DNA of 25,925 nucleotides from an uncultured Rhodospirillaceae bacterium (GTDB lineage Bacteria; Pseudomonadota; Alphaproteobacteria; RF32; CAG-239): NCBI GenBank assembly GCA_900313155.1, contig OMQE01000054.1, positions 1 to 25,925 of the forward strand, read 5' to 3'. Shown piece by piece: positions 17,461 to 25,925 of this stretch (position 1 is its first letter; each line of letters starts with the position of its first letter). The notes under the pieces were generated by a model. It saw only the letters and a program-made list of their open reading frames with translations, ran no database searches and was not told where the DNA came from. The position numbers and the translations under genes were made by a program.

Positions 17461-18873
17461 ATGAAAAAACATAACATTATCACTTTTTTGGCATTTCTCG
17501 GCTTTTTTGCATACAGCTTGGTCGGCTGTGCTTTTTATGAAAAAACAGATACTGACGAAAAATTCGAAGATGTCTATAATGACGCCCCAGACGCGGTAAC
17601 TACCGAAGATTCAACACAAGCATCTCTGCAAAATATGCCACAAACAACTATTACCACTGAAGTTCCGGCAGAAATTATTATGCCACAACAATATGTTCAA
17701 AATCCGGCAGATATGCCTGTTGTGCGCCGCAGTTTAGATAACGACCCTAGCGAGCCGATTATTCGCACACCGGAAGGTGCAAATGAGCTCGATTTGGAAA
17801 CACCATTGCGTTGTGATGTTAATTGGGAAACTCAGCAAATGATTTTAACCCTGCCATATTTGAAATCGGCCTTCAAACTTGAGCGTAATGGCATCAACAA
17901 TCCGTTGCCGCGTTTTGAAGTAACCGGCTTTACATTTGATATGATGCCGGCAGAACAAGCTATTGTTAAACTCACAAAAGAAGCGGGAATCCGCGTTTCT
18001 TCCGCAGATGGTCCATATACCGGTATTTCGGCAAATGATTTGAAGGGAGAGTTCTCTGCCGTTGTTAAAATGATTGCAGATTCGGCAGGCATTTATTATA
18101 CTTACAATGCTAAAGAAAAGATTTTGACCCTAAGCCGCCATGCCAATATGACCTTATATACCCCACATTCTCGCCCTATTCTTTTGGCTTTGCTTGATGT
18201 TATTCGTGGCGCAGGCATCACCAATATTGTTACCAATTGGTCGGACTATTCCATCACTTTTGATGCTGATGTCGAAACCAAAAATAAGATGGTCGAATTG
18301 ATAAATTCATTTGAAAATAACCCGACTCTGATTGCTTATGATGTCAGCGTGTTCCGCCTATATCCATATAACCAAATGAAAGATATCGAATGGAAAGAAA
18401 TGCTGAAAGCTTTTGATGTTGGCACCATTTCGACGGCCCAAAGCGGTGTCATCGGGCGTATTTTAACCACATCAAACGAAATCAATATTGAAACGTTACA
18501 GCGTTTTATGGGTAATCAGGCACAAATTCAACTTGTTTCCGAAGGAAAGTTTATAACACCTAATTTGTGGATGGCTCGTTTTGATATTGGCAAATGCAGT
18601 TTACCAAAAGCAGATTCGTATGGCCTGTCGGTGCTAGCCAAAGCATCATTAGAAAAAAATAACAACATTTTCAGTGATATCACATTAGAAGAAACCAACG
18701 GTCAGGTAACCAGCTTTAAAACTCGCACCAAATTAGGTGAAAATTTCTTGATTATAGGCTTGCCAAACGAACTTTTCGGCATTAAATCACCTAAATCAGA
18801 AACGGTTATTTTTATGGTTCCGCGCTTAATCAGAACGGTTAAAACCAACGAAAAAATCAAAAACAAAATATAG
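17461..18873 (+). CDS. Lipoprotein with secretin-like architecture (PilN/BfpB/TcpC-like, divergent and compact)
   Basis: Lipobox LVG-C23. An N0/STN-like segment (AEQAIVKLTKEAGI...FSAVVKMIADSAGIYYTY...ILTLS) is followed by a secretin-like beta region (IAYDVSVFRL...IEW...IQLVSEGKFITPN...FDIG). The C-terminal ETVIFMVPRLI resembles the secretin ELVIFITPRII motif. Confidence 0.55.
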   Translation: MKKHNIITFLAFLGFFAYSLVGCAFYEKTDTDEKFEDVYNDAPDAVTTEDSTQASLQNMPQTTITTEVPAEIIMPQQYVQNPADMPVVRRSLDNDPSEPIIRTPEGANELDLETPLRCDVNWETQQMILTLPYLKSAFKLERNGINNPLPRFEVTGFTFDMMPAEQAIVKLTKEAGIRVSSADGPYTGISANDLKGEFSAVVKMIADSAGIYYTYNAKEKILTLSRHANMTLYTPHSRPILLALLDVIRGAGITNIVTNWSDYSITFDADVETKNKMVELINSFENNPTLIAYDVSVFRLYPYNQMKDIEWKEMLKAFDVGTISTAQSGVIGRILTTSNEINIETLQRFMGNQAQIQLVSEGKFITPNLWMARFDIGKCSLPKADSYGLSVLAKASLEKNNNIFSDITLEETNGQVTSFKTRTKLGENFLIIGLPNELFGIKSPKSETVIFMVPRLIRTVKTNEKIKNKI

Positions 18874-18887
18874 AAAGAGTGATAAAA

Positions 18888-19505
18888 ATGGAAGAAAATC
18901 AAAATACCAATCAACCTCGCAAAATTCGTAAAATTAAACGTGTTCGTCCAATAGAAAGCAAGAGCGGCTCTTTTGGTATGCCAAGCAAAATCAACGCCGT
19001 CACTTCACAAGAATCTGCTTTTGGCAACAGTTCTTCCGCACACGAAGAAAACTATTTTGCCAACAACGGCGAAGCAGAAAGTATCCGTTTTGTTACTGAA
19101 GAAGATATACAACCGGCAGAAACAATTACTTTGACCTATCTGTTGAAAAATAAGACCGTATTATTACTTGTTGCCTTGTCGGTGCTGATTGGGGTGATGC
19201 TCGGTTCAATTTTTTTCAGCTCTAAAAAAACAGCCTCGCGCGGTTTAGACGGTGTTGTTATCAATTCTGATGTTCCGGCTGGACGTAATCGTTGCGGCTT
19301 AGTTGAGCAACATCAGGGCTGCGTTTTGTATATTATGAATCCGCACACGCAAGAAGTTACGGGTAAAGATTTTTATTCAACAGCCGCCCAATGGACACAA
19401 CGTCAACGCTATTTGATTGAAACCGGCAATATGCACTACAGCAATACACGTATTAAACCGGGGTATATTGCACAAATAAACATTCCACCGCTTTCATCTT
19501 ACTAG
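18888..19505 (+). CDS. Single-pass membrane protein with a periplasmic C-domain containing a Cys pair and a LysM-like terminal segment
   Basis: Likely start is ATG 18888 (GTG 18879 is an alternative). It has a basic N-terminal patch and the TM VLLLVALSVLIGVMLGSIFF. The C-terminal KDFYSTAAQWT...LIETGN...RIKPGYIAQINIP loosely follows the LysM pattern. Confidence 0.7.
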   Translation: MEENQNTNQPRKIRKIKRVRPIESKSGSFGMPSKINAVTSQESAFGNSSSAHEENYFANNGEAESIRFVTEEDIQPAETITLTYLLKNKTVLLLVALSVLIGVMLGSIFFSSKKTASRGLDGVVINSDVPAGRNRCGLVEQHQGCVLYIMNPHTQEVTGKDFYSTAAQWTQRQRYLIETGNMHYSNTRIKPGYIAQINIPPLSSY

Positions 19506-19534
19506 GTAAAAATTTGAACCGATACATAAGTTTT

Positions 19535-19583
19535 AGTCGGAGGTAAAGAATCTCTTTTATTCTTTGCCTCCGACTTTGGTTTA
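19535..19583 (+). terminator. Long hairpin between convergent genes, probable terminator
   Basis: 17-bp stem AGTCGGAGGTAAAGAAT (19535-19551) / ATTCTTTGCCTCCGACT (19559-19575) with one U-G wobble and a 7-nt loop. A weak T-tract (TTGGTTT) follows on the + strand. Confidence 0.65.
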
Positions 19584-19615
19584 ATAAAAAATGTTTGTCT
19601 TAATTTCAATTTTTT

Positions 19616-19849
19616 TTATTTTGATGAATGCTCAACTTTTTTCATTTCACGCTTCATCATATGTTTTGTTTCTTTCACGCAAAATTTAATGCTTTTAGAT
19701 TTATCATTTAAACATTCTTGCAAATTTTTTCTTCCGGCATCGTCAATTTTTTGCCATTCGGCAGAATGAACTTTGTCCCCGGCAAAACTTGTCCCCGAAA
19801 ACAAAATTGTTCCCAAACCCAACGCCAATGCAAACATAAACCTCTTCAT
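19616..19849 (-). CDS. Small secreted/periplasmic protein (77 aa, signal peptide, two Cys, Lys-rich)
   Basis: Strong RBS AGGAGGAG on the minus strand (complement of 19853-19860). Signal peptide MKRFMFALALGLGTILFSGTSFA. The gene fills an otherwise empty gap. Confidence 0.8.
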   Translation of the reverse strand: MKRFMFALALGLGTILFSGTSFAGDKVHSAEWQKIDDAGRKNLQECLNDKSKSIKFCVKETKHMMKREMKKVEHSSK

Positions 19850-19896
19850 ATACTCCTCCTAATATTAAAATTTATAAACCGATAAAGATATAATAA

Positions 19897-19925
19897 TTGC
19901 AAAATGAGCATCAATGTGCTATGAA
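19897..19925 (+). promoter_or_regulatory. Putative sigma70-type promoter upstream of the NUDIX gene
   Basis: TTGCAA (19897-19902), a 17-nt spacer, an extended -10 TG at 19917-19918 and TATGAA (19920-19925). Confidence 0.45.
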
Positions 19926-19951
19926 GTTTTATAAATTGAGGAGATAAAAAA

Positions 19952-20356
19952 ATGGAACAAATAAAACCCACCAAAGATGTTGCCGCCGGATTAATTATGT
20001 GTGACGGACTAATCCTAATCGGGCAACGCAAACACGGCAAAAGTCTGGAATATAAATGGGAATTTCCGGGCGGCAAACTGGAAGCCGGCGAAACTTTGGA
20101 AGAATGCCTAAAACGCGAATTGATGGAAGAAATGCAGCTTGAAATTTTTGTGCGAGAACCATTTATGACCACCTCATACACTTATGATTTTGGCACCATT
20201 GTTTTGCACTCTTTTTGGGCTACCTGCAAAAGCCAAGATGTCCCTATCGTTTTGGAACACGAACAATATAAGTGGGTGAACCCGAAAGATTTACCAAACT
20301 ACGATTTTGCGCCTGCCGATAAGCCGATTATTGATGCCATTTTAGGTTTGTTTTAG
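19952..20356 (+). CDS. NUDIX hydrolase, MutT/NudG-like (d)NTP pyrophosphohydrolase
   Basis: Nudix box WEFPGGKLEAGETLEECLKRELMEEM, N-terminal VAAGLI...ILIGQR and C-terminal FAPADKPII, typical of MutT/NudG. GAGGAG RBS. Confidence 0.92.
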   Translation: MEQIKPTKDVAAGLIMCDGLILIGQRKHGKSLEYKWEFPGGKLEAGETLEECLKRELMEEMQLEIFVREPFMTTSYTYDFGTIVLHSFWATCKSQDVPIVLEHEQYKWVNPKDLPNYDFAPADKPIIDAILGLF

Positions 20357-20410
20357 CAATATATTAACATTCCTGCCATATTTTAAATGATGAAACATCT
20401 ATTTTTATGA

Positions 20411-21855
<1,445 letters not shown>

Positions 21856-21856
<1 letters not shown>

Positions 21857-22257
21857 TGCAATTTATATTAACCACTCCTCAAGGTATTATTCTACAACAA
21901 AATATCCGTAAAATTACATTAGAAACGCTTGACGGATACTATACGTTGCTGCCACGACATGTTGATTTTGTTTCTGCTGTTATCCCCGGCATTGTAACCT
22001 ATCTGCCGGAACAGGAAAACGAAAAATATGCCGCCTGCCATCAAGGAATTGTGGTAAAAAAAGGCGATAAAATCACTCTTTCGGTCCAAGGAGCTGTTTT
22101 AAGCGAAACACTGCCGGAATTGCAAGAAAGGATAAAAACTGAATTTAAGCAAAATGAGGAACAACGCAAACAGCTTAATACTGCCATGGCCAGATTAGAG
22201 CTCGGTTTAGTTCGCGGGTTTCAGCAACTGAAAGGAGCTACCGATGTCGGAATATAA
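21856..22257 (+). CDS. atpC: F1 epsilon subunit, N-ATPase type
   Basis: TGATG overlap with atpD. Beta-sandwich with GYYTLLPRHVDFV plus a C-terminal helix ending ARLELGLVRGF. Confidence 0.9.
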
Positions 22258-22573
22258 GAAAAATCATGAGCAGGAAATCAACGAAACTTTACTCCATAAA
22301 GCAGAATTACTCAAGCTTCGCTCTCAACGTCATTGGAGTGCTAATTTTGGAATGATTGCCTCTTTGGGCGGCGTTATCATCACCCCTTTATTGTTGGGAA
22401 TTTTTGGCGGAGGTTGGCTTGATGAGCACTATCCGCAACATTTTTCGTGGCGTTTATCCGGAATTTTTATCGGTTTTTTATGGGGTTTTGTGAATGCTTA
22501 TTTTTGGATTAGTGTTGAAAATAAAAAAATCGAACGTTTAAATCAAACAATTCGGAGAAAAAACAATGAATAG
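22244..22573 (+). CDS. atpQ: N-ATPase AtpQ (AtpZ/AtpI-like two-TM protein)
   Basis: FGMIASLGGVIITPLLLGIFGGGWLDEHYP...GIFIGF pattern and position after atpC. Confidence 0.85.
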   Translation: MSEYKKNHEQEINETLLHKAELLKLRSQRHWSANFGMIASLGGVIITPLLLGIFGGGWLDEHYPQHFSWRLSGIFIGFLWGFVNAYFWISVENKKIERLNQTIRRKNNE

Positions 22574-22910
22574 TGCAACTGTTTGGACTGTGATGTGGGA
22601 ACAAGCCGATATATGGCGCATTTTGTTTGCGCTTGTCTGCGGTATTGTGGTTGGTGCTGTATATTTTCAGAGCTTGCGTTGGAGCGTTAATCGTATCCAC
22701 ACCTTCAAGCACAAATGGTCTGTATTCGGCGGAATCGCCATTTTCCGTATTGCCCTTTTCTTTGCAATATTGGTTTTAGCGGCACACAAAAACATTATTC
22801 TGTTGCTTGTCTATTTGGCGGCGTTTTTCTTAACTAAAATTGTCATTATTTGGCATGAAAAACACGGGTTAATACAAGATAAAAGCAAGGATAAAAATGG
22901 TAACGTTTGA
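22566..22910 (+). CDS. atpR: N-ATPase AtpR membrane subunit
   Basis: Hydrophobic 114-aa protein with GAVYFQSLRWSV and an intramembrane Arg (FRIALF), located between atpQ and atpB. Confidence 0.8.
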   Translation: MNSATVWTVMWEQADIWRILFALVCGIVVGAVYFQSLRWSVNRIHTFKHKWSVFGGIAIFRIALFFAILVLAAHKNIILLLVYLAAFFLTKIVIIWHEKHGLIQDKSKDKNGNV

Positions 22911-23640
22911 TTTTAGTAAATTGTGGGATATCCCTGTTGTTGACCGCCAAATCGGATTGGAAAGTTTTGATGCCATCCGTGTTGTTGAGTGGAATAATTT
23001 TTATATCAACGTAACTGTTTTCAACAGCTGGCTTGTAATATTGCTCATTACGCTCACTGCTTGGTTGACAACAAGAAATTTATCAACGCAAAAACAAGTT
23101 TCAAAATGGCAAACAGCACTTGAATCTTTAGTTTTATGGTTGCAGCAAGAAGCCAACGAAACCAGCGGCTCGCGCACCAATCAATATTTAGGTATGGCTA
23201 TGGGAATGTTTTGCTTCATTTTGGTTTGTAACTTGCTCACATTTATTCCGTGGTTTCGCCCACCGACAGCTTCTTTAAGCACCACCATGGCGTTAGCTTT
23301 TATTGTGTTTTTGGCGATACCTTATTTTTCAATTAAAAATGCCGGACTTAAAGGCTATCTGAAAAAATTTATAGATCCTATTCCTCTAATGTTACCGATG
23401 AATATTTTCAGTGAATTTTTTTCGGTTTTTGCCATGGGATTACGTTTGTTCGGTAATATGTTAAGCGGGGTAATGTTTGCCAGTATTTTGAGCGCATTTG
23501 TACCGTTTATCGCCCCATTAACCATGCAAACCCTTGGTCTGCTTACAGGTTCAATTCAGGCATATATTTTTGCCCTGCTCGCCGTGGTCTATTCATCAAG
23601 CGTTAAGGAAGAAATTGTGCCGCAAATCATTACTAACTAA
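22897..23640 (+). CDS. atpB: Fo a subunit
   Basis: LRLFGNM with the essential Arg, PPTASLSTT and IQAYIFALL. Confidence 0.95.
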   Translation: MVTFDFSKLWDIPVVDRQIGLESFDAIRVVEWNNFYINVTVFNSWLVILLITLTAWLTTRNLSTQKQVSKWQTALESLVLWLQQEANETSGSRTNQYLGMAMGMFCFILVCNLLTFIPWFRPPTASLSTTMALAFIVFLAIPYFSIKNAGLKGYLKKFIDPIPLMLPMNIFSEFFSVFAMGLRLFGNMLSGVMFASILSAFVPFIAPLTMQTLGLLTGSIQAYIFALLAVVYSSSVKEEIVPQIITN

Positions 23641-23654
23641 AAGGAGAAAATAAA

Positions 23655-23924
23655 ATGGATTCTTATGCAATTATCGGAGCAATATCAGTTTTAGGCGCAT
23701 GCATTTGCATGGGTATTGGCAGTCTTGGTTCAGCTTTGGGTGAAGGTGCCGCCGCATCTGCGGCTCTAACCGCCATGGCTCAACAACCGGACGAAGCCAG
23801 CCGCATCCGTTCAACTATGTTTGTTTCGCTTGCCATGCTTGAAACAACGGCACTCTACTCACTACTGATTGCCTTTTTGGCGCTTTACGCCAACCCGTTT
23901 TGGAACTACGCTATTGCACAATAA
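23655..23924 (+). CDS. atpE: Fo c subunit with Na+-binding signature
   Basis: GxGxGxxxG helix with E30, loop QQP and ETTALY (E63/T64/T65/Y68). AAGGAG RBS. Confidence 0.96.
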   Translation: MDSYAIIGAISVLGACICMGIGSLGSALGEGAAASAALTAMAQQPDEASRIRSTMFVSLAMLETTALYSLLIAFLALYANPFWNYAIAQ

Positions 23925-23935
23925 TCGGAGCAAAC

Positions 23936-24709
23936 ATGCAAATTGACTGGTGGACACTAATCGCGCAAATCATAAATTTAGTCATTTTATTGTTTTTGTT
24001 GCGCAAATTTTTATATATTCCGGTTTTGAAAGCGGTTGAAGCTCGTCAAAAGCTGATTGCCGATGAACTTCAAGAAGCCGCTGTTGCCAAGCGCAAAGCT
24101 CAAGAGCTAACCGTGAAATGTACGGAACGTTTAGCTGATATTGAGGCGCAAAAACAAAACATATTGGCAAAAGCCAATGTCGATGCGGAACAATTGGCAC
24201 AACACCTAATGCAAGAAGCTCAGCAACAATACCAAAACGCCCGACAACAGTGGCATAATAAGCTGATAGGTGAACAAAAATCTTTTGAAGCGGCAGTGCA
24301 CGACTTGATTAGTCAATATTTTACGCGCTTTGCCGATAGCGCTCTTTCGCAAATGGCCGATACCCGTTTGAACGATTTAATTATTGCCAAGTTCTTTGAT
24401 AAATTGAATAGTTTAACGGCAGATGAAATCAAACAAATTCAAGAAACGCTGAAAAATAAGCCATCAATACAAATCTTATCAGCCCAAACAATTGATGGCA
24501 AAAATCAAAAATTGCTCGAAAGTACATTGCAAAAATATTTTGACATAAACACGAACGCCAAATTTGAATATACGCTGGAACCGGCACTTATCGGTGGCAT
24601 TGTTCTGCGCGCGGCTGAACAGCAAATTTCTTGGAATTTAGCCGACTATATGCAACAATTTCAGCAACAAATGGATATCCAAATGCAACAACTGCTTAAA
24701 AGGAGCTAA
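23936..24709 (+). CDS. atpF: Fo b subunit fused to a delta-like C-terminal domain (N-ATPase type)
   Basis: Start moved from 23900 to ATG 23936 (GGAG RBS). [25 protein letters not shown], then a coiled coil, then the delta-like [10 protein letters not shown]...SWNLADY. Confidence 0.92.
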   Translation: MQIDWWTLIAQIINLVILLFLLRKFLYIPVLKAVEARQKLIADELQEAAVAKRKAQELTVKCTERLADIEAQKQNILAKANVDAEQLAQHLMQEAQQQYQNARQQWHNKLIGEQKSFEAAVHDLISQYFTRFADSALSQMADTRLNDLIIAKFFDKLNSLTADEIKQIQETLKNKPSIQILSAQTIDGKNQKLLESTLQKYFDINTNAKFEYTLEPALIGGIVLRAAEQQISWNLADYMQQFQQQMDIQMQQLLKRS

Positions 24710-24711
24710 CT

Positions 24712-25925
24712 ATGATAGACACAACAGAAACATTTTCTGCCATCGGCAAAAGTATTGACGACACAAAAGCTTCAGTCCGCCAAGAAGAAGTTAGCTTGGT
24801 TCAGTCTATTTCTGCCGGAACCGCTTTTGTCGGCGGCTTGGAAAATGTGCAAATGGACGAGTTGTTAGTATTTCCGAACAATGTGCAGGGTGTTGTGCAA
24901 ACGTTGAGCCGAAACAACGTCGGCGTAGTGTTTCTTGACAATGCCGATACCATTCGCGCCGGAGACAAAGTGCGCCGCACCGGTCGGGTAGTTGATGTGC
25001 CGGTCGGTAATGAATTACTCGGCCGCGTGATTAACCCGCTTGGCGCACCGCTGGATGGCAGAGGTCCCGTAAGCTCCACGCAACGCCGACCGATAGAAGT
25101 TGAAGCACGTGCAATTATGGATCGCGCACCGGTTGATACACCTTTACAAACCGGCATCAAAGCCATTGATGCCTTCACCCCCATCGGCCGTGGCCAGCGC
25201 GAGCTTATTCTGGGCGACCGACAAACCGGTAAAACCGCAATTGCCCTCGATACCATGATTAACCAAAAAAATACCGGTGTCATTTGCATATATTGCGCCA
25301 TTGGCCAACGCAATTCCGCTGTGGCACAAATTATTGCTCAAATGGAGCAACACGGTGTTATGGCACAAAGTGTGGTGGTATCTGCCGCCGGTAATGATAC
25401 TGCCGGTATGCAATATATTGCACCATATGCCGCAACGTCTATTGGCGAATATTTTATGGAACAGGGGAAAGATGTGCTGATTGTTTATGATGATTTAAGC
25501 AACCATGCCCGTGCATACCGACAAATGTCGCTTTTGTTGCGCCGTCCGCCGGGGCGAGAAGCCTTTCCGGGCGATGTGTTCTATATCCACTCTCGTTTGT
25601 TGGAACGTTCTACGCACCTCAAGGCCGAATTTGGAGGAGGTTCGCTTACTTCATTGCCGATTGTTTCTACCGAAGCCGGCAATATTTCCGCTTACATTCC
25701 AACGAATATTATCTCCATTACCGACGGACAAATTTACCTTTCAGCTCCAATGTTCCAAAAAGGCATTATGCCGGCCATAGATACCGGTCGTTCGGTTTCA
25801 CGCGTAGGAGGAGATGCTCAACTTCCGGCCTATAAAACACTGGTTGGACCGCTCAAATTATTTTATTCGCAGTTTGAAGAATTGGAGTCTTTCACCAAAT
25901 TCGGCACCCAGTTAGATAAGGAAAC
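24712..25925 (+). CDS. atpA: F1 alpha subunit (3' end truncated by the window; absent from the supplied ORF track)
   Basis: Translated by hand from ATG 24712 (AAGGAG RBS): MIDTTETF...[10 protein letters not shown]...[29 protein letters not shown]...[25 protein letters not shown]. The frame stays open to the window end. Confidence 0.96.
   Translation, partial: MIDTTETFSAIGKSIDDTKASVRQEEVSLVQSISAGTAFVGGLENVQMDELLVFPNNVQGVVQTLSRNNVGVVFLDNADTIRAGDKVRRTGRVVDVPVGNELLGRVINPLGAPLDGRGPVSSTQRRPIEVEARAIMDRAPVDTPLQTGIKAIDAFTPIGRGQRELILGDRQTGKTAIALDTMINQKNTGVICIYCAIGQRNSAVAQIIAQMEQHGVMAQSVVVSAAGNDTAGMQYIAPYAATSIGEYFMEQGKDVLIVYDDLSNHARAYRQMSLLLRRPPGREAFPGDVFYIHSRLLERSTHLKAEFGGGSLTSLPIVSTEAGNISAYIPTNIISITDGQIYLSAPMFQKGIMPAIDTGRSVSRVGGDAQLPAYKTLVGPLKLFYSQFEELESFTKFGTQLDKE

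Noticed and set aside
19869-19937. Inverted repeat AATTTATAAA / TTTATAAATT around the divergent promoter region
   Set aside because: It is pure A/T in an AT-rich gap and likely to occur by chance.

Overview
AT-rich bacterial window, probably an uncultured Alphaproteobacterium (inferred from gene style only), almost entirely coded on the + strand, in three blocks. (1) Bases 1-13222: a tandem array of five divergent VirB6/TrbL-like type IV secretion inner-membrane units that share a CxxC-led core. One unit is split into two translationally coupled genes, with a SleB-type (Hydrolase_2) cell-wall hydrolase placed at the split in the periplasmic loop. Another carries an N-terminal Cys-rich M23 peptidase with intact zinc motifs, and another is a lipoprotein. 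This hydrolase-armed VirB6 array is the best candidate for an undescribed system. (2) Bases 13329-19849: a tandem-HTH XRE regulator with a degenerate S24-like domain, an 833-aa Gln-rich/acidic repeat protein with seven 54-nt tandem repeats, an unknown protein, an orphan lipidated secretin-like protein, a single-TM protein with a LysM-like tail, and a small secreted protein. (3) Bases 19952-25925: a MutT/NudG-like NUDIX hydrolase and an N-type ATPase operon (atpD-C-Q-R-B-E-F-A, truncated in atpA) whose c subunit has a full Na+-binding signature. No rRNA, tRNA, CRISPR array, integrase or transposase was seen. All family calls come from motif recognition by eye, without database searches.
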